NCBI GenBank assembly: GCA_002245135.1
Contig: NGBS01001162.1
Coordinates: forward strand, 186,001-250,000
DNA from: Proteromonas lacertae
Lineage: Eukaryota
Reading direction: 5' to 3'
Length of the DNA stretch: 64,000 bases
A program made the translations under genes and the position numbers. Below are positions 26,055-40,727 of the stretch, piece after piece. The notes below the pieces were generated by a model that worked only from the letters and a program-made list of their open reading frames with translations, made no database searches and was not told where the DNA came from. The stretch's first letter is position 1. Every line of letters begins with the position of its first letter.

Positions 26055-29000
26055 TTATGATATACCAACATATTGTTTGTATTGTTCTGATATTATATTC
26101 TTTAATGTTTCAGAAAAGTATAAATCTTGTTTAGATTCATGTTTAAACACTTTTGAATAGTATTTACTCAACCTTTCTGCTGTTTTGAATATATATTTTC
26201 CATAAACACTTAAAAAGTGAACATCTGCATCTAAATTATCCAAATCCAAACCAATTCTTTTCCATACTTCATCCCAAGTTTCATTAGTGTATGGGTGTTT
26301 AAATTTGTATGTTATTTTATCTCCTGGTCCATCTCCATGATTTGGTTGATCTCCAACAACTAGAATGAGATGTTTATAACCTTGTTTTTTCTTTAGATAT
26401 TCTAAAGCCAATTCTACACCACCTGATATATCTTCATTATAATCTTCACCTCCACTAGCAACTGCATTAGAAAGACAGAATTTTATTTCATCAAAATTAT
26501 CTGTAACTGAAGAACAATAATAAGGCTCTTTTACATCAAAGTCTTTATATCCTATAAACATACCACATATATCAGATTCTTTATTAATTTGAGAGCTTCT
26601 TTTTATTGAGTATATGTCATCATATATATCTTTTATAATATCTCTTGTTGAATCAATATACCTTTGCATCGAATCAGTACAATCTAAAATAATTGTTAGA
26701 CAAAAATTAATTGGTCTAGATTCATTATCATAAGAAATTGCTGGAGTAATTCTATAATCTGGAATTATATTAACAGTATCAACTGTCATTGGAATAGTAG
26801 TTGGAAATTCTCCAATGAAATTATTAGCTGAAAAATATGTATCAATATTCAATAACCAAACTACAGCATTAGAAATCCATCTACTAGTTCCTTCATCAGT
26901 AAATTCCAAGAATAATTTAGATGATGCAGTATCTATAACAATCTTTCCACATCCTTTTTCTCTTTCTTTTAGCATAATTGATGCATTTCCTTGAGATTCT
27001 CTAGCAAAAATTATAAAATCTTTTGCTTTCAACTGTTCTTCATTCAAAGCAGCTAATGTTTTTCCTTCGTAAATATATTTCAATCCTGTATCAATTCTAA
27101 GACTATCTATATTATATTGAAACATATCTTGTCCTACAGTTCGAAATTTTCCTGGTTCTGGATTGGCTGCTCTTGACATTTTTCTTCCACCTTTGATATA
27201 CTTATCTTTTGTCAACTTGTTTATACCAAACACTTCTTTAAAGAATATATTTGCTTCAAAAGAAAATGGATAATTCTCTAACATCCAAAATATACCTCCT
27301 CCTTTTTCATAGAATTGTTTTAAACAATTAATAAAGGGTGTGAGATAAAACAATTCACTACATCGATAAGGAAAAGTAGTAGCTGGATAATAACCTGTTC
27401 CATCACTACATGTAATTATTACTGTTCTATATTTTCCTGTTGCTAATTCTATAATTGCACTGCAATAATCATAAACAATTTGAACTTGAAATCCCTTTGT
27501 CTGTAGTTTTTTAATTGGACTTTCTCCATTAATTCCAATTTCTAATACTTCTCTAGTAATTCCATTATCGATTATTTTTCCATCCATTCCTATTATATTT
27601 CTACATTCATATAATATAACGAACAAAACATGGAAGTCTTTAAAAGCTCCATCAATACCCAAATCAAATTCTGAACTAGTACAATCAGCTGTAAGCATAT
27701 TAATATTTTCATCTCTTGTTTGTAAAGCATTTATAAATAATGCTCTAAATTCATAAGCAGAATATATTTCAGTAATTGATTTAACAAATTCTCTATTGAA
27801 TATTTTAAATATTTCATTTACATAACTGTATTTATCATTTTCATTATATTTCATGAATGTCAAATTTGACCTGTAATATGGATTTAAACTTTCATGATGA
27901 CTAAATGAAACTGCTCTATGTAATTGAGATGGATTAGAAGACCAAAGAAATGTTGGGAAAACACTTCTAACATCAAATAATGAATAACCTACACCAATAC
28001 CAATTGTTTTGCAGTTACTTGATTGTATTAATAATTTCAACTTCATTCTTGTTTCATCTAAAGTAATATGATTCGTAAACACGAAAGTAACAGGTGTATA
28101 TGGACGAGATATACATGTAGCATATGCATATTTTAATGTATCATAAATTACAGTGGTAGAAATATTGGTTTCTCTGACATATTCAACTACTGCATATATT
28201 GAGCTGGCTATTGATGCACTCCATGCATCTGTAACTGATAAACCTGTTCCTATTTTGAATATTTTATCTGCTGCAACCCATATATCAATGGTTGGTACAT
28301 TTAATTCACATATACCTCTTAATAAAGTAAAGAAAGTTTCAAGTGTATGAGATATATTCATTGTACTCATTGTTACATCTGATGCATCCAATACTAATGA
28401 TACAGAATATGATCTTACTTTGTTACCAGTTTTCTTTTTAAATATTTTACCATCACCTGATTTTGTTAATAAGAATTTTATGAAATTCTGGAAATGAATT
28501 GATGTACCTGACACACTCGGAATCCATGTGGTTGGTTTATTGGGAATTAGAATAGTTGAACTAAGTGGGTAGAATAATTGATTACCTTTTATCTTTTCAT
28601 TCAAATATCTCGCTAATGTATTATTACCTTCATGAACATAGTAATCTAAATCTTTATCACTTATTATTGGTAATTCCTCTGATTTTCCAGAGAATCTTGT
28701 ATTATCAATTATAACAGTTATATGATCATCTAATACAGTTGGATGTATAATATCAAATGATGATTTATCAGACGGTTTTATGAAATGTATAGAGGAATCA
28801 GAAATACCTTCTTTTGAACGGGTTGAATAGAATAATGGATATATATATGTTATTTTATCTTTATGATCAAAATCATCAATATCAGATATTTCAATATAGT
28901 GATTATCTGGAAAGTTTTTCATTAAGTTACTATTCATAATCTTGTAATTCTTAATTGATAACTTTTCATTTTTATCTTTTGATGTAATATGAATTAGAAA

Positions 29001-32000
29001 AATTGATGGCATAATTGACTTTAATACTTGATCTATTCCTACGCAATTTGACATTAATTGTTCTGAAAAGCAATCACTAATTATGAAATATGTATAGTCT
29101 TTTTCGTATGTATATTTTATTGTATCTGTATAAGCAAATACATCTAATGGTGTAGATGGCATTTTTTCTATAAATTCTAAATCGAAAACTTTACTCATCT
29201 TTGTCATTAAATCATCGTTTTTATGTGTTATTTGTATAGCTTGGCCATGAGATAATGAAGCTATAATTCTAGTTGGAATTTTTAATTCATCTGCTATAAT
29301 CAAAAGAAAGCACGATACTAATGATCTTAATCTAGCTTTATTCTTTTTATGAGTAAATGAAGTATCTATAATAAGGGTTATTATTCTTGTATATTTCTTT
29401 GGATCTTCCTTAGTTTTGAAATTACGAATTTCATTTGCTGTAGTAAATGCAAAATCTGATATTACATTGTATATTGGTTTTAATCTGTCTGTATCTACAC
29501 TTCCATAATCTGGTAAGATTGGTAGTATTGTTTCTTTTCTTAGAGACATAACATTACAAGCATCATCGTCATTTATTCTAGTCAATAAAGCTTCGAAATA
29601 TATATCAAGTGGGTATTCTTTAAAGTGCTGTAATATATCTTTTACATTTGCTTTTCTTATTTCAGATTTTTGTTGATTTACTTGTTCTTCTAACTCTTCA
29701 TTATTTATTTCATCTCCATTCTCTTCTTTTGAATCATGCTTTAGCTTCAATGCAGTTATTTGATCAATATAAACTCCAACAACATTTTCTAAACCTTCAT
29801 CATGAATATTAGAACATAATTTAATACCTTTATTACCATTTTCATTTATTTCTCCATTACTTACTCCAATTGATATTGATGTTAAAGTACCAGGAGCATT
29901 TCTATCAATTGAACTATCAAAATCAGTTAATGGACTGTTATTCTCTTCAATTACTGGATTATATTTTTTCCATACCAATTCAGGAGTTAATGATGACAAA
30001 TATTTCATATTTATATCCACAATTTGATTTATTGAATCAATATAAACATCTTTATGATCAAATAAATATTTTAGCGCTTTTAAAATGAATATACTCTTAC
30101 TGTCATTATGATTTGTGGATAAACCTACTAAAAATGCATCTTGTAAACCATCTATATAATCTTTTAATACATATGATTTCAGATTCATTTCTTTTATATC
30201 TGTATTAATCACATTCTCTGGAATATTGACTAATTCATTTTCATATCCAATTATTCTATACATCTTCCACTCATTGTTTTCTATATAAAATTCTGTCGAT
30301 GTTTCTAATAAACTACTACTTGGTGGAGTTGGATTATATTGAATAGATAATGATGTGTTTGATAATGTTATTGGATTTATATCTTTGAAAGGATGATTCT
30401 TCTTATTGGGAATATTAGATAAATACTGAGATATAACAAATTCTTTAGGACAATAACCACTTGCACTGTAGCATAATTCTTTTGGATTATTTGGTGATAC
30501 ATAACATGGATAATTGGTGAAATAGACTTCATCATATGCTTTTATACTAAAAACAAAGTTAATTGTTTCTTCATGATTCAATACAACCACTTTAACCATG
30601 TATCTGTATTTTCCTTCATCCAAATTATTGAATTTTAGTGTTAACTTATCTTCAGATATTGCAGCTTTACAATTAATTTCTTCTATCATTATTATTTGAT
30701 GAGATGGATTTAGGATTGGGATTGATATTTCAGCTTCATGATGTGATTTTACAAAGGGAGGAAGATTATATGTGTTATTTGATGGTAAGATGATTTCACA
30801 ATTCTTTATTGATGTAATAATAATAACATTACTTATACATACTCTTTCTACATTGAATATATCACAATATTCAACAATTCTTGGAATGAATACTTTTGAT
30901 GAGTAACAATAATCCATTTTTTCATATTCACTAGTTTTCTCAGATAGATCATTTTTAATTCTGTCTAGAACTTCTTTTTCATATTTGAAATCTTCTATTC
31001 TTTTGTTACAACTATTAATAGCATTTATTACTTCATCACATATTTTTTCATAACTATGATAGATTCCTTTATCATCATCAACACAGTAATAATCTTTTAC
31101 TTCTCTTTCTGATTCAATTGATTTTATATAAATATCTATCACTTCATCATTTACATTTAATGTTGACGATTCACTACAATTTCTTGGAATATATAACACT
31201 TTGTTATTCTCTTTTCTACCCATAACTTTAGGTGATAATTTACCATTCTCTATATTATAACATAGTGTATAACAATTCTGTTTATAGTAATTATTTCTAT
31301 TTTCGTTACTTGAATTAGAATTATTTTTATCTTTAGATTTACTATTTTTATCAGTTTCTTTATTATTGTTAACAATAGTATTAGGTAGTTTTTCAAATAA
31401 TTTTCCTATATATGAACTTTTAGTAATTGAATCATCTTTTATCTCATATTTTATATTAGAATTTTTACATGAATATATCATTGAGTTATATATATCTGTT
31501 TCTAAAGCATCTTTCATATTAAATTTCAGAGGGTAATATTTATATTCAACAATACCATCAAATTCAGTTACATTCACTTCATATGTAGATAATGGTAATA
31601 CAAATAAACACATATATTTATTCAAACCTACTTCTTTTCCATTCAGGTTTATTCTTGTATCAGATAATTTAAGACTTGATGTATGTGATTGAAGATGTAG
31701 TTTAAATATGAAATTAGGTTTGCTATTTGTTAAAATAGCTATTTTATAATGAGGATATGCAGGATCTTTGTTTAGTTTACTTTCATCTATATCTCTGTTT
31801 AACTCAGATCCTTTTAAAGAAGAATTATGAATAATTGTATTAACACTCTTATGATAAACTAATGATAAAATCCATTTCATCATTGATACATATTGAAGGG
31901 AATATCTATTCTCTCTGATTATACTTTTATGATTATTAATATCATCACTAATTATTATTTTCAATTGCTTAATTGAATCCTCCTTTTTCTTCTCTAAATC

Positions 32001-35000
32001 ACTATAATTATTATCAATATCTTCCTTCTTTTTCTGATATTCTTGATGTGTTTTTGTAAGATCTTCTAATAACTTGTCTTTTTTCCTTTTCAAAAATTCA
32101 TCTATTTGAGGAAGAATATCATTTATATTTAAAATATTTTTGAATTTACCTTTAAAGTATTCTTTCAAATCATCTTTTGAGAATAAATCATAAATAACAG
32201 AAGTAACAGCAGTTTCGTATTTCGGTGATAATAGTATTAATTTGTCTCTGAAGTTCAATTTCATATTATGATATATTGTTTGATATTGTTCAAGTCTTTC
32301 TCTATCTTTTTCTTCAACATTATATGATTGAACTTCATATTCATACTTAAGATCACTAGGTAATATTATTGATCCTTGTTTGTTTTCAGCTGTAAAATGA
32401 TAAGATCTTAAAGATCTCATATAATTTATATTCCATGCAAAATTTACATCACCTGTTTCAGCAGCTTTGATTATATCAGGTGAAATCATTCTAAACTGTA
32501 TTGCATTATAACATACAGTATCTACTTTTGGCAAGTATTCATTAAACACTAACTTATGAAGCTTGTTCTTTACTAATTCTCTTACTGTTTTATTATCTTT
32601 TGTTGTTATAAATTTATATTCAGCTAGTTCAACTAAACTTTTAACAATACTTTCTTCACTAATGAATTTATGGATATAAAATGGTAATGGGTAAATCACT
32701 GATAAAACAATTGTGTTAATTTTGACGTTTTTCGCTATTCTATTCATTGCAGCATGTAAATAGTTTGAAATATCTTCTTTTACATTTTCCAAATTAGGTA
32801 TATTTCTTAAAAGAAATTCTTTATTGAATGATAGTTTTTCAAATACATGAAAATATCTAATAATTACTGATGTTATATATTTTGAATCAACTATGTTTAT
32901 GAAATATAACAAATGACTTAATTGGACATAGAATCTAGTATTTGGATCAACAATTCTCTTGTATTGAATATTCAATTCTGGTAATGGTTTATTCAATTTA
33001 AAGGATGATAATAGTTTCTTATCAATACCTGTTTCCTTGAATATATTTTTAAATTCTAACGTGAATTTCTCATCTATATTTGACAATATATTTGTTGCTT
33101 CTGATAGATTTGCTATTTTTTCTCTCAATTGTCTATCATTTATATTTGCTAAATCTCTTTTATTACTAATTTCATTAAAGAAACTAACATACTCTTTCTC
33201 AAAAATTTCAAACTTGTCATATTGTCTTAGATTATAATCTGTTACATCTTTTAACAGTAAATTTCTAATTTTTAGTAATTCTTTAAACATTGTATCATTA
33301 ATCTGATCAACTTTTATTCCTTTACTCTCTTCTATCTTTTTATCCATACAAGTTAATAATGAACAGATTCTATTCAACAAATCAACAATATCAACATTAT
33401 TATCTAATAAATTTGATATATTATTAATTACACTCATTATTGTATCTTTAAACTTTTTATACTGAACTCTTGATAATAAAGCTGGTAATTCATCAATAAT
33501 ATAATATAATACAATCAAATTACCTGATTGGCCTTTAATATCATAATAATTCTCTAAATGAGAATAGCAATCAGGAATCAATAACGGACATTGATAGTTG
33601 TTAAAAGATTGTCTTGGCTTTAGGTTGAATGTCTTAAATTGTTGCCATCTTTTGAAACTATTATATGTATCATATGCTGGATTCATTATTGTATTGTTTT
33701 CTCCTAAATGATTATACAATGTTACACGAATAAGATTGATTGGATAACATAGAATTGAATTACTATTGGATATTACCCATTTATCAAACAACTGAATGTC
33801 TTTATTGGAGAAATTTTGTACTGATTCATTTAATACATTGTTAATACATTCAGCTAGATTTCTATTATCATTATAAAGCATTTTGTCTTTCAATATCTGA
33901 GAATTTGTTTTGTTGTTCCTTATATTTGCTATAATTGCATGATTTCCAACTCTATTTTGATTAAATTCTTCAACATATGCTTTTTCATTTGGATTAGATA
34001 AATATCTTAACACTTTTCTGAAGTTATAATTGGTGTCTTCACCAAAATACTCAGCTTCTTTTGGATTTCCTGTTATATAACATAATTCTTGACAACTCAT
34101 AACATTTGAGATTGATTGAGCAGATATAACAATACAACGACTTAATAATGGAGCAGGAATTATTGATATATTATCAGTACTAAATAAGAAAAATAACCTA
34201 AAATCTGAATGAATTCTATATTTTGCATCTTCTGATAACTTGGAATATTTTGGTTTTTGATCATTTTCTATTACTGTTAATTCTGGATTTTCTTCACATA
34301 ATGAATTTAATCTTTCTAATATATCACTACTTGCTGTATTTACATCTTCAATCATTACCCAAGCACCATCAATCATTGCTGATAATAATGGCCCATTTCT
34401 ATATCTCAAATCAGTTTTACCACTTATTGGATCAATATATAATTCACTATGACCAATCAACATATCACTTGTACTCTCTGTCGTTAAAGGGATTGGAACT
34501 AATGTCTTATTATATAATTCAGCTAATTTTCTAATTACATAACTCTTACCAGAGGGAGAAGGACCATACACTATTATACCTCTTCCACAATCATGGGCTA
34601 ATGCCAATTTATAAGCTAAATGCAATTCTATTGTGGTAAAACATTTAAAATTGAAATTGAAATTATCAGATGGTATTTTTATACTCCATGGTCCAAAAAA
34701 TTGAATCTTTCCATCCATTATAAGTAATCTTATATCCATTTGAGAATTAATCTGTAATACATTTTCTATCTCTTTTGTATCTGATTCATTGTATTTACAT
34801 CCAAATACAATCCATAATGCAGCTCTTATATCAGATTTTAATAGTTGTGAACTTTTACTTACTTCATTACTTTTTATTGATTCTCTCAATGAAAAATGTA
34901 TTCCAGTTTGTTTTCCCAACTTTAATGAACATTCAAACAATTGATTAATCAATTCTCCATATCTTATTCTATCCTTTTCATATTTGAATACTTTTGAATC

Positions 35001-38000
35001 AGTTAGTATATGTTTTCCAATAAACAATAATTCTATTAATTGGTATGATATATCATTGAAATATAAGCATTGATTTATTATACTTCTAGGTAATGAAGTT
35101 CTATTACTTGTCATTGATGCTGGATTTAATGTACAAATAATGTACAACTGATCAGGAATTGATATTGTGCCATAACCAGGAGCATAGAATGGTTCTTTTG
35201 TATAGGATGATTTAATCAAAGTAGTTAATACTTCAAGTATATCAGTTGAAGCTAAATTTAATTCATCAAACAAAAAACCAAAAGCTATTCTCTTTTTCTG
35301 AGCTTCTATCAAAGTCTTTGTAATAGTACCTGGATGAGTTTGTTGAGTTTGAGTATCAGCATTCAATTGATAAGAACCAAATAATTCTTGAATTGTCATA
35401 TTTGGACTAAAATTAATTCTTTGAAATTCTATACCTAAAGTATTAAGAATATATTGAGCAGTAACTGATTTTCCACATCCTGGTTCACCTTCTAATATAA
35501 CAGGAGTTGATGATAATAATCCAAGCAATATGGTAGTAATCATATGAATGGTTGTTGGAACAACATAATAAGTATTGTCGTTTGAATTTTGTTCAATAAA
35601 TGTTTGAACAGATTTATAATTTTCAATGAATTTCTTTTTAAACACTTCACCAATTGTATTTTCATTCAATTGTGGTCTTGTTTTATCAATATTGAAAAAC
35701 TCGATCAATTTTGATTCTTTTATTGGATTTGATTCTTCGTGAATTATATCTTCTTTTGTCTGTGAATCTTGAGCAAGGTAGTTCACATATAATAAAGCAT
35801 CGTTCTGGTTATTGAAATATTGAGAGATTTTTTCTGCAACTTGATAATAATTAATTGGATATGGAGTTCTTTCACTATACATACGAAACTTCTTTTTCAT
35901 TTCATCTGCTGATGGATAATCACAGAATACAGGTAAGAATCGTTCTTTGTATGTTATTTTTGAATAATCTTCATCATCCACTGTTGCAAATAATCTTGTA
36001 ACATGGTCAATTATATACTTTGAAAAAGATCCAATTGAATCTTCATATATAGTGAAATACTTTAATAATTTATTATTACTATAAATATCTAAAAAGCCAT
36101 GCATTCTAGGTAACATTGCTTCATTTAACAAATCCAAGTGATTCATTATTATATCTTCTTCACATAAATATGCTGATAATAACAAACCTGGCTTGAAGAA
36201 GATATGAGTATTGCCATTTTTACTTTCATTCAACCATTCCTTCTTCCAACTGTTGAATTGGGGTGAAACATTGGATGTTGATATTTGATTAATAGATGTT
36301 AATAATTCAGATGTATTACCAACAACAGTACTACCAAATAAATGAGAAGAATCATATGATCTTGATATATCAATTACTTTGTTATTTGGACATAAATCCT
36401 GAAGTAATTTTAGTTTGAAAGGATTTGATCCAACTATCAACAACGGAGTATTAACTCTCTTTGTTAATAATATTCTAAATAAGCATTCTAAATACCAATG
36501 ATCATTACATACTACATCACTATTGTAACTAATTTCTATGAAGGATTTAGATAATTTATGTTTCTTTTGATCATATATAACTGGTGTATTGATAAAAGTC
36601 TCTATATTATCTGCTATATTTGGATATAATTTCTTCAATTCATCAAGTTTAGATGAATCCTTGATTGGAATATACAAACTTAAAATGAACGGAATATAAT
36701 CAGCAGTATATGATTCACAAATATTCTTCAAATACATCAATTGAGTTAAAGAGAATATATCTGATTCAATAACACTCTTTTTAAATCCAGTTATCTTAAC
36801 TTTATTTTCTGAATTATAATCAGGTAAATGATAAATTGGACAATAAGATGGAAGGATTAGTTTTGTTGCTTTATCTCCAATAGAGGTAAAAGAAATAACA
36901 AGTCTAAAGCCATAACTAATTTTGTATTCTCTGCTAAGGTATGTAAATGTATCAGTGGTTGGATCAATTATAGTTTCTAAAAACTCAAATAATTCTTTGG
37001 TTATTGTTTCAGCATTCTCGACAACAACAATATCTCCATCACAAATTGCGTTTAATAGCACATTCTGGTGGAATTCTCCATCTTTAGTATAAAATCCAAT
37101 TAATTCATCAATTTCTGTATCACCTGCTAAATATAAACACTTTCTAGATAATGGGGAAAATGCTTTATCAAATAAGGTATTTAACAGAGTCGTTTTACCT
37201 GACTCTTCATGACCTGTTATAATAATTGAACGAAATGTTACTAAAGTTCTTAACATTTTATCTAATGTATCATACATATACATACTCTTTTTAAACCATC
37301 CATCAGTTCTCCTATAAAACCAATCTAGAAAAAGTGATTTCTTTACATTAAATCTTTCATTTAGATTATAATCAATCATCTTTTTATCTTTTATTTTTCT
37401 TTCTTCGGTTCTATCTACTGTAGGACATCTTTCTTTATTTCCTAGAGATAATAAAACAAATCTATTCAGTAACGCCGGAGAGAACTGATCAATACCATCT
37501 AAAGATAAAGTTGCAATAATTCTAAAGTTTGGATTAACATCTATGTTAGGATTAATTGCTCTTTCATCAAATCTAATAGTATGTTTAAAACCATCATTTG
37601 GTACGATTTCAAGAAGAGAATTAAGTCTTTCAACAGTATTAGATTTTACATGGTCAATGTTTTGAAGTAAGCATACTTGACCTTTACCAATACTTGTTAC
37701 AAGAGGAGAATCTTTCCACTCTGGTTCTTGATTATTATTTGATATTAAAAATGTACCAATCAATGAATCTGAAGTCATATCGCAAGTACATCTTAATACA
37801 TTCTTTCTACTCTCTGGATAAAATGTATTAATATAAGCACTAACATATTTTCTAGCAACAAATTCATCTTGATTGTATAACAAAACATGACATCCTGATT
37901 CCATTGCATAATTCATATAATGATAGAATTTAAACCATGTCTTATCATTTAAAACATATTGAGAAATATAATTTCTAGGATTATTATAATCATCACAATT

Positions 38001-40581
38001 AAGATCTTCGTATCTTCTAGGTAAGTTATTCCAATACACTAATTGAGTGGATTCTTTTATTGTTACATTATTCTTCAACATTGTATTTACTCTTATACAG
38101 TCTCTTAGAGTGTATGAATAATGAACATGTTCTTTGCTTGCCATTGTGTGGATATGAATAATCTCTTCAATATCTCTTTTTCTAATATTCTTAAATCCAG
38201 CTAATATTTCTTTCAATTCTCTTTCTTCTATATCTGGGAATAATTTGGAATTTAAATATCTAAATCTTGAGATCATTGTATCATCCAATTTAGTTCTCTT
38301 GTATATAGATCCAGCAGGATTCTGAGTAGCAATAATCCTGAAATTTTTATTCATTTCATATTATGTATATCCTTTTCCCACTTCATCTACTACTAATTCA
38401 TGTGAATCCAATATTCCCATAATTGCTTGTAACACTTCTTTATTTGCTAGTGATAATTCATCTAATAATAATACTTTACCATCTACAAATGCTTCTGTAA
38501 ATGGACCAAATTTGAATGATATTTTTGGCTTTCCATTCACAGTTTGAATCATAATAGTTCCTATCAATTCATCTAGATTAGATGAAGGACTAAAATTGTA
38601 GCGAATAAGTGGTATTTGGCCATTCATACATACTTGTTCTACTGAATATGTCTTTGCACTTGAAGTTTTATTTTCAATTAAAAGTGGAGTATTTTCTTCA
38701 ATGCCATTTTCTATAATAGACATTCTGTTTATTGCATTTCTTGTTAGAATTGCTCTTGGAATAGTTGAAACTGATTGTGAGTATCTATATGGCAATAATT
38801 CATATTGAACTTTTTCATTTTCATCAGTAAATTCCAATACATTGTCAGTTGAGTGAACAATTAATATTCTGCTTTGAGGTATTACTTTATTACCATTGAT
38901 ACTAATTATATGATCCAATTTATCATATATATTGTAGAAATATATTCTGTCTCCAATTATATTCTCTTCACCACCATACTTTATAAATGGTAATATGAAT
39001 GAATAATTCTTATTATTTTCATCTTGGAATATGAATTTGAATTTTTGATTTTCTAATAAAGAATTTAAACCATATATTAAAGCTGATGGTAATGATATAC
39101 ACTTTTTATCAGTATAAGAAATCCATAAATTTGGTAATGTAGCAGAACATACTTTGTTTTTAATCATAATAACAAATGATATATCAATATATTCTCTGAA
39201 TATTATTGTAGTTTCATATCCAGGACGAAATGGAGGGAGTGTTGGCATTCTCTTAGCATTTTCATTTCTTAATGCAACATTTTCAACAACCGATTCATCA
39301 ATAAATTCATCATCTTCTGGATTTAGAATTACTCTTTTTATCTTTTGTGAAGAATTGATTGGTTGATCTTCCTGTTCATCTTTAACAATTGGATTGAATG
39401 TAAATGTAGCTGTTGAAGAAGGAATAGATTGTGGTAATTGAAATGACATTTCTGCTATTTTAACTCCTTTTATTTTCTTTACTTTTTGTGGTTCTAATAA
39501 TGGTTTAGTAATTGGTTCAGGATTTGTTCTTTCAATATCATGTTTTGGTGGTTTTGGAGGTGGAACTGCCACTGGTTGTTCTTTTTGAATTGGACTAACT
39601 CCAACAGCAATTTTCTGCTGTTTCTGAAGTGGAGGTGGAGGTGGAGGAGGTGGTAATGGTGGTAATGGTGATACTCCTAACGAAAAGGGAGGAGTAAATG
39701 GCTGATTCTGTTGCTGCTGTTGTAGTGGTGGTGGAGGAACGATAGGAGCAGCACGAAATGGTTGATTTAACTGCTGTTGTTGAACTTGCTGAAACTGTTG
39801 TTGTTGTTGTTGTTTATCTACCATCATGGGTGGTTGATAATAAACATTTGGAATAAACACATTACCATTCATTGATTGTTTAAAGTATCCTCCTTGCATA
39901 TTTGATGATACTAGTACTGCTGGTTGCTGTTGAAGTTGTTGCTGTTGTTGAGGTAATGGAAATGTGTATTGATACATATACGGCATCTGACCATTTAGAT
40001 TTGGTACAGTCTGCTGTTGATTCATCATCTGCGAAAATGATAGTGGAACTTGTGGACCTGCTAATTGTGTTGGTAATGCACCTATAGCTGATTTATTTTC
40101 TATTTCTTTATTTCGCATAATGAACAAATCTAATTCACCAGAAGGACAATAGTCACTAAGCATATCATTATCCTTCATTTTAACACCTAAAATCATTAAA
40201 TCACTCCCAATAACATCTAGAATATCTTTCAATTCCAATACAGTCATATTTGTTTCTGTATTTAAGTCTTCAATACTATCTCCATCATGAACATGAAATT
40301 TACAATATTCTACAGATAATTTAATGTCTGATATAAGCAAAACAGTTTTAGGTGAGAAATTAAGTTCACTTACTGCAACATCTAAAAATGGTACTTCTAA
40401 ATGGCTATCTTCTATTACAGCATTTATTTTAAAAATAGTAACACCAATTTTATCCTAAAAGAGTATAAAATTACAAATATACAGCAATCTGTTGAAGTAC
40501 TCTAACACAACTATCATTTGTGAAATTTACTTTAATCCTAGATTTTTTACCACAGTACTGATAAGCAATTACGGTGGACAT
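26055..40581 (-). CDS. Giant (~4,830 codons) midasin/dynein-like AAA+ protein: UBL-like + Q/P-rich + six AAA modules + helical linker + degenerate vWAs + GATase-like + C-terminal vWA; in-frame TAA at 38363-38361
   Basis: ATG at 40581 and a single 28-nt intron (40482-40455). Walker A motifs ENKTSSAKT, GHEESGKT, GEPGCGKS, GPSPSGKS; Walker B LLLDE and FLFDE; FRIIATQNP, ERLNSL and LLSR motifs. The terminal vWA has LDCTDSM and GGEDYNEDISGG. The two listed ORFs are in the same frame, separated by one TAA. Confidence 0.8.
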
Positions 40582-40727
40582 TGAGTGAGACAAGAAAAAT
40601 AATGTCAAACTGAATTTGCCAAAATCTGGTGTGTCAAAAATAGTAATTTTTACCCAAATGTTTTTTTTCGTTTAATTGAAGGAAATAAAGATTTTGGACA
40701 TATTATTACATTAGAAAGTGAATTAAA

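Noticed and set aside
38361..38363. Genome-wide stop-codon reassignment (TAA as a sense codon)
   Set aside because: There is only one in-frame TAA in many thousands of codons, and TAA terminates many genes at homology-consistent ends (for example the kinases ending WADDF and WADTF).
39625..40020. GC-richer repetitive tract as a possible array
   Set aside because: It encodes the polyP/polyQ linker of the AAA protein; there is no repeat-spacer periodicity.
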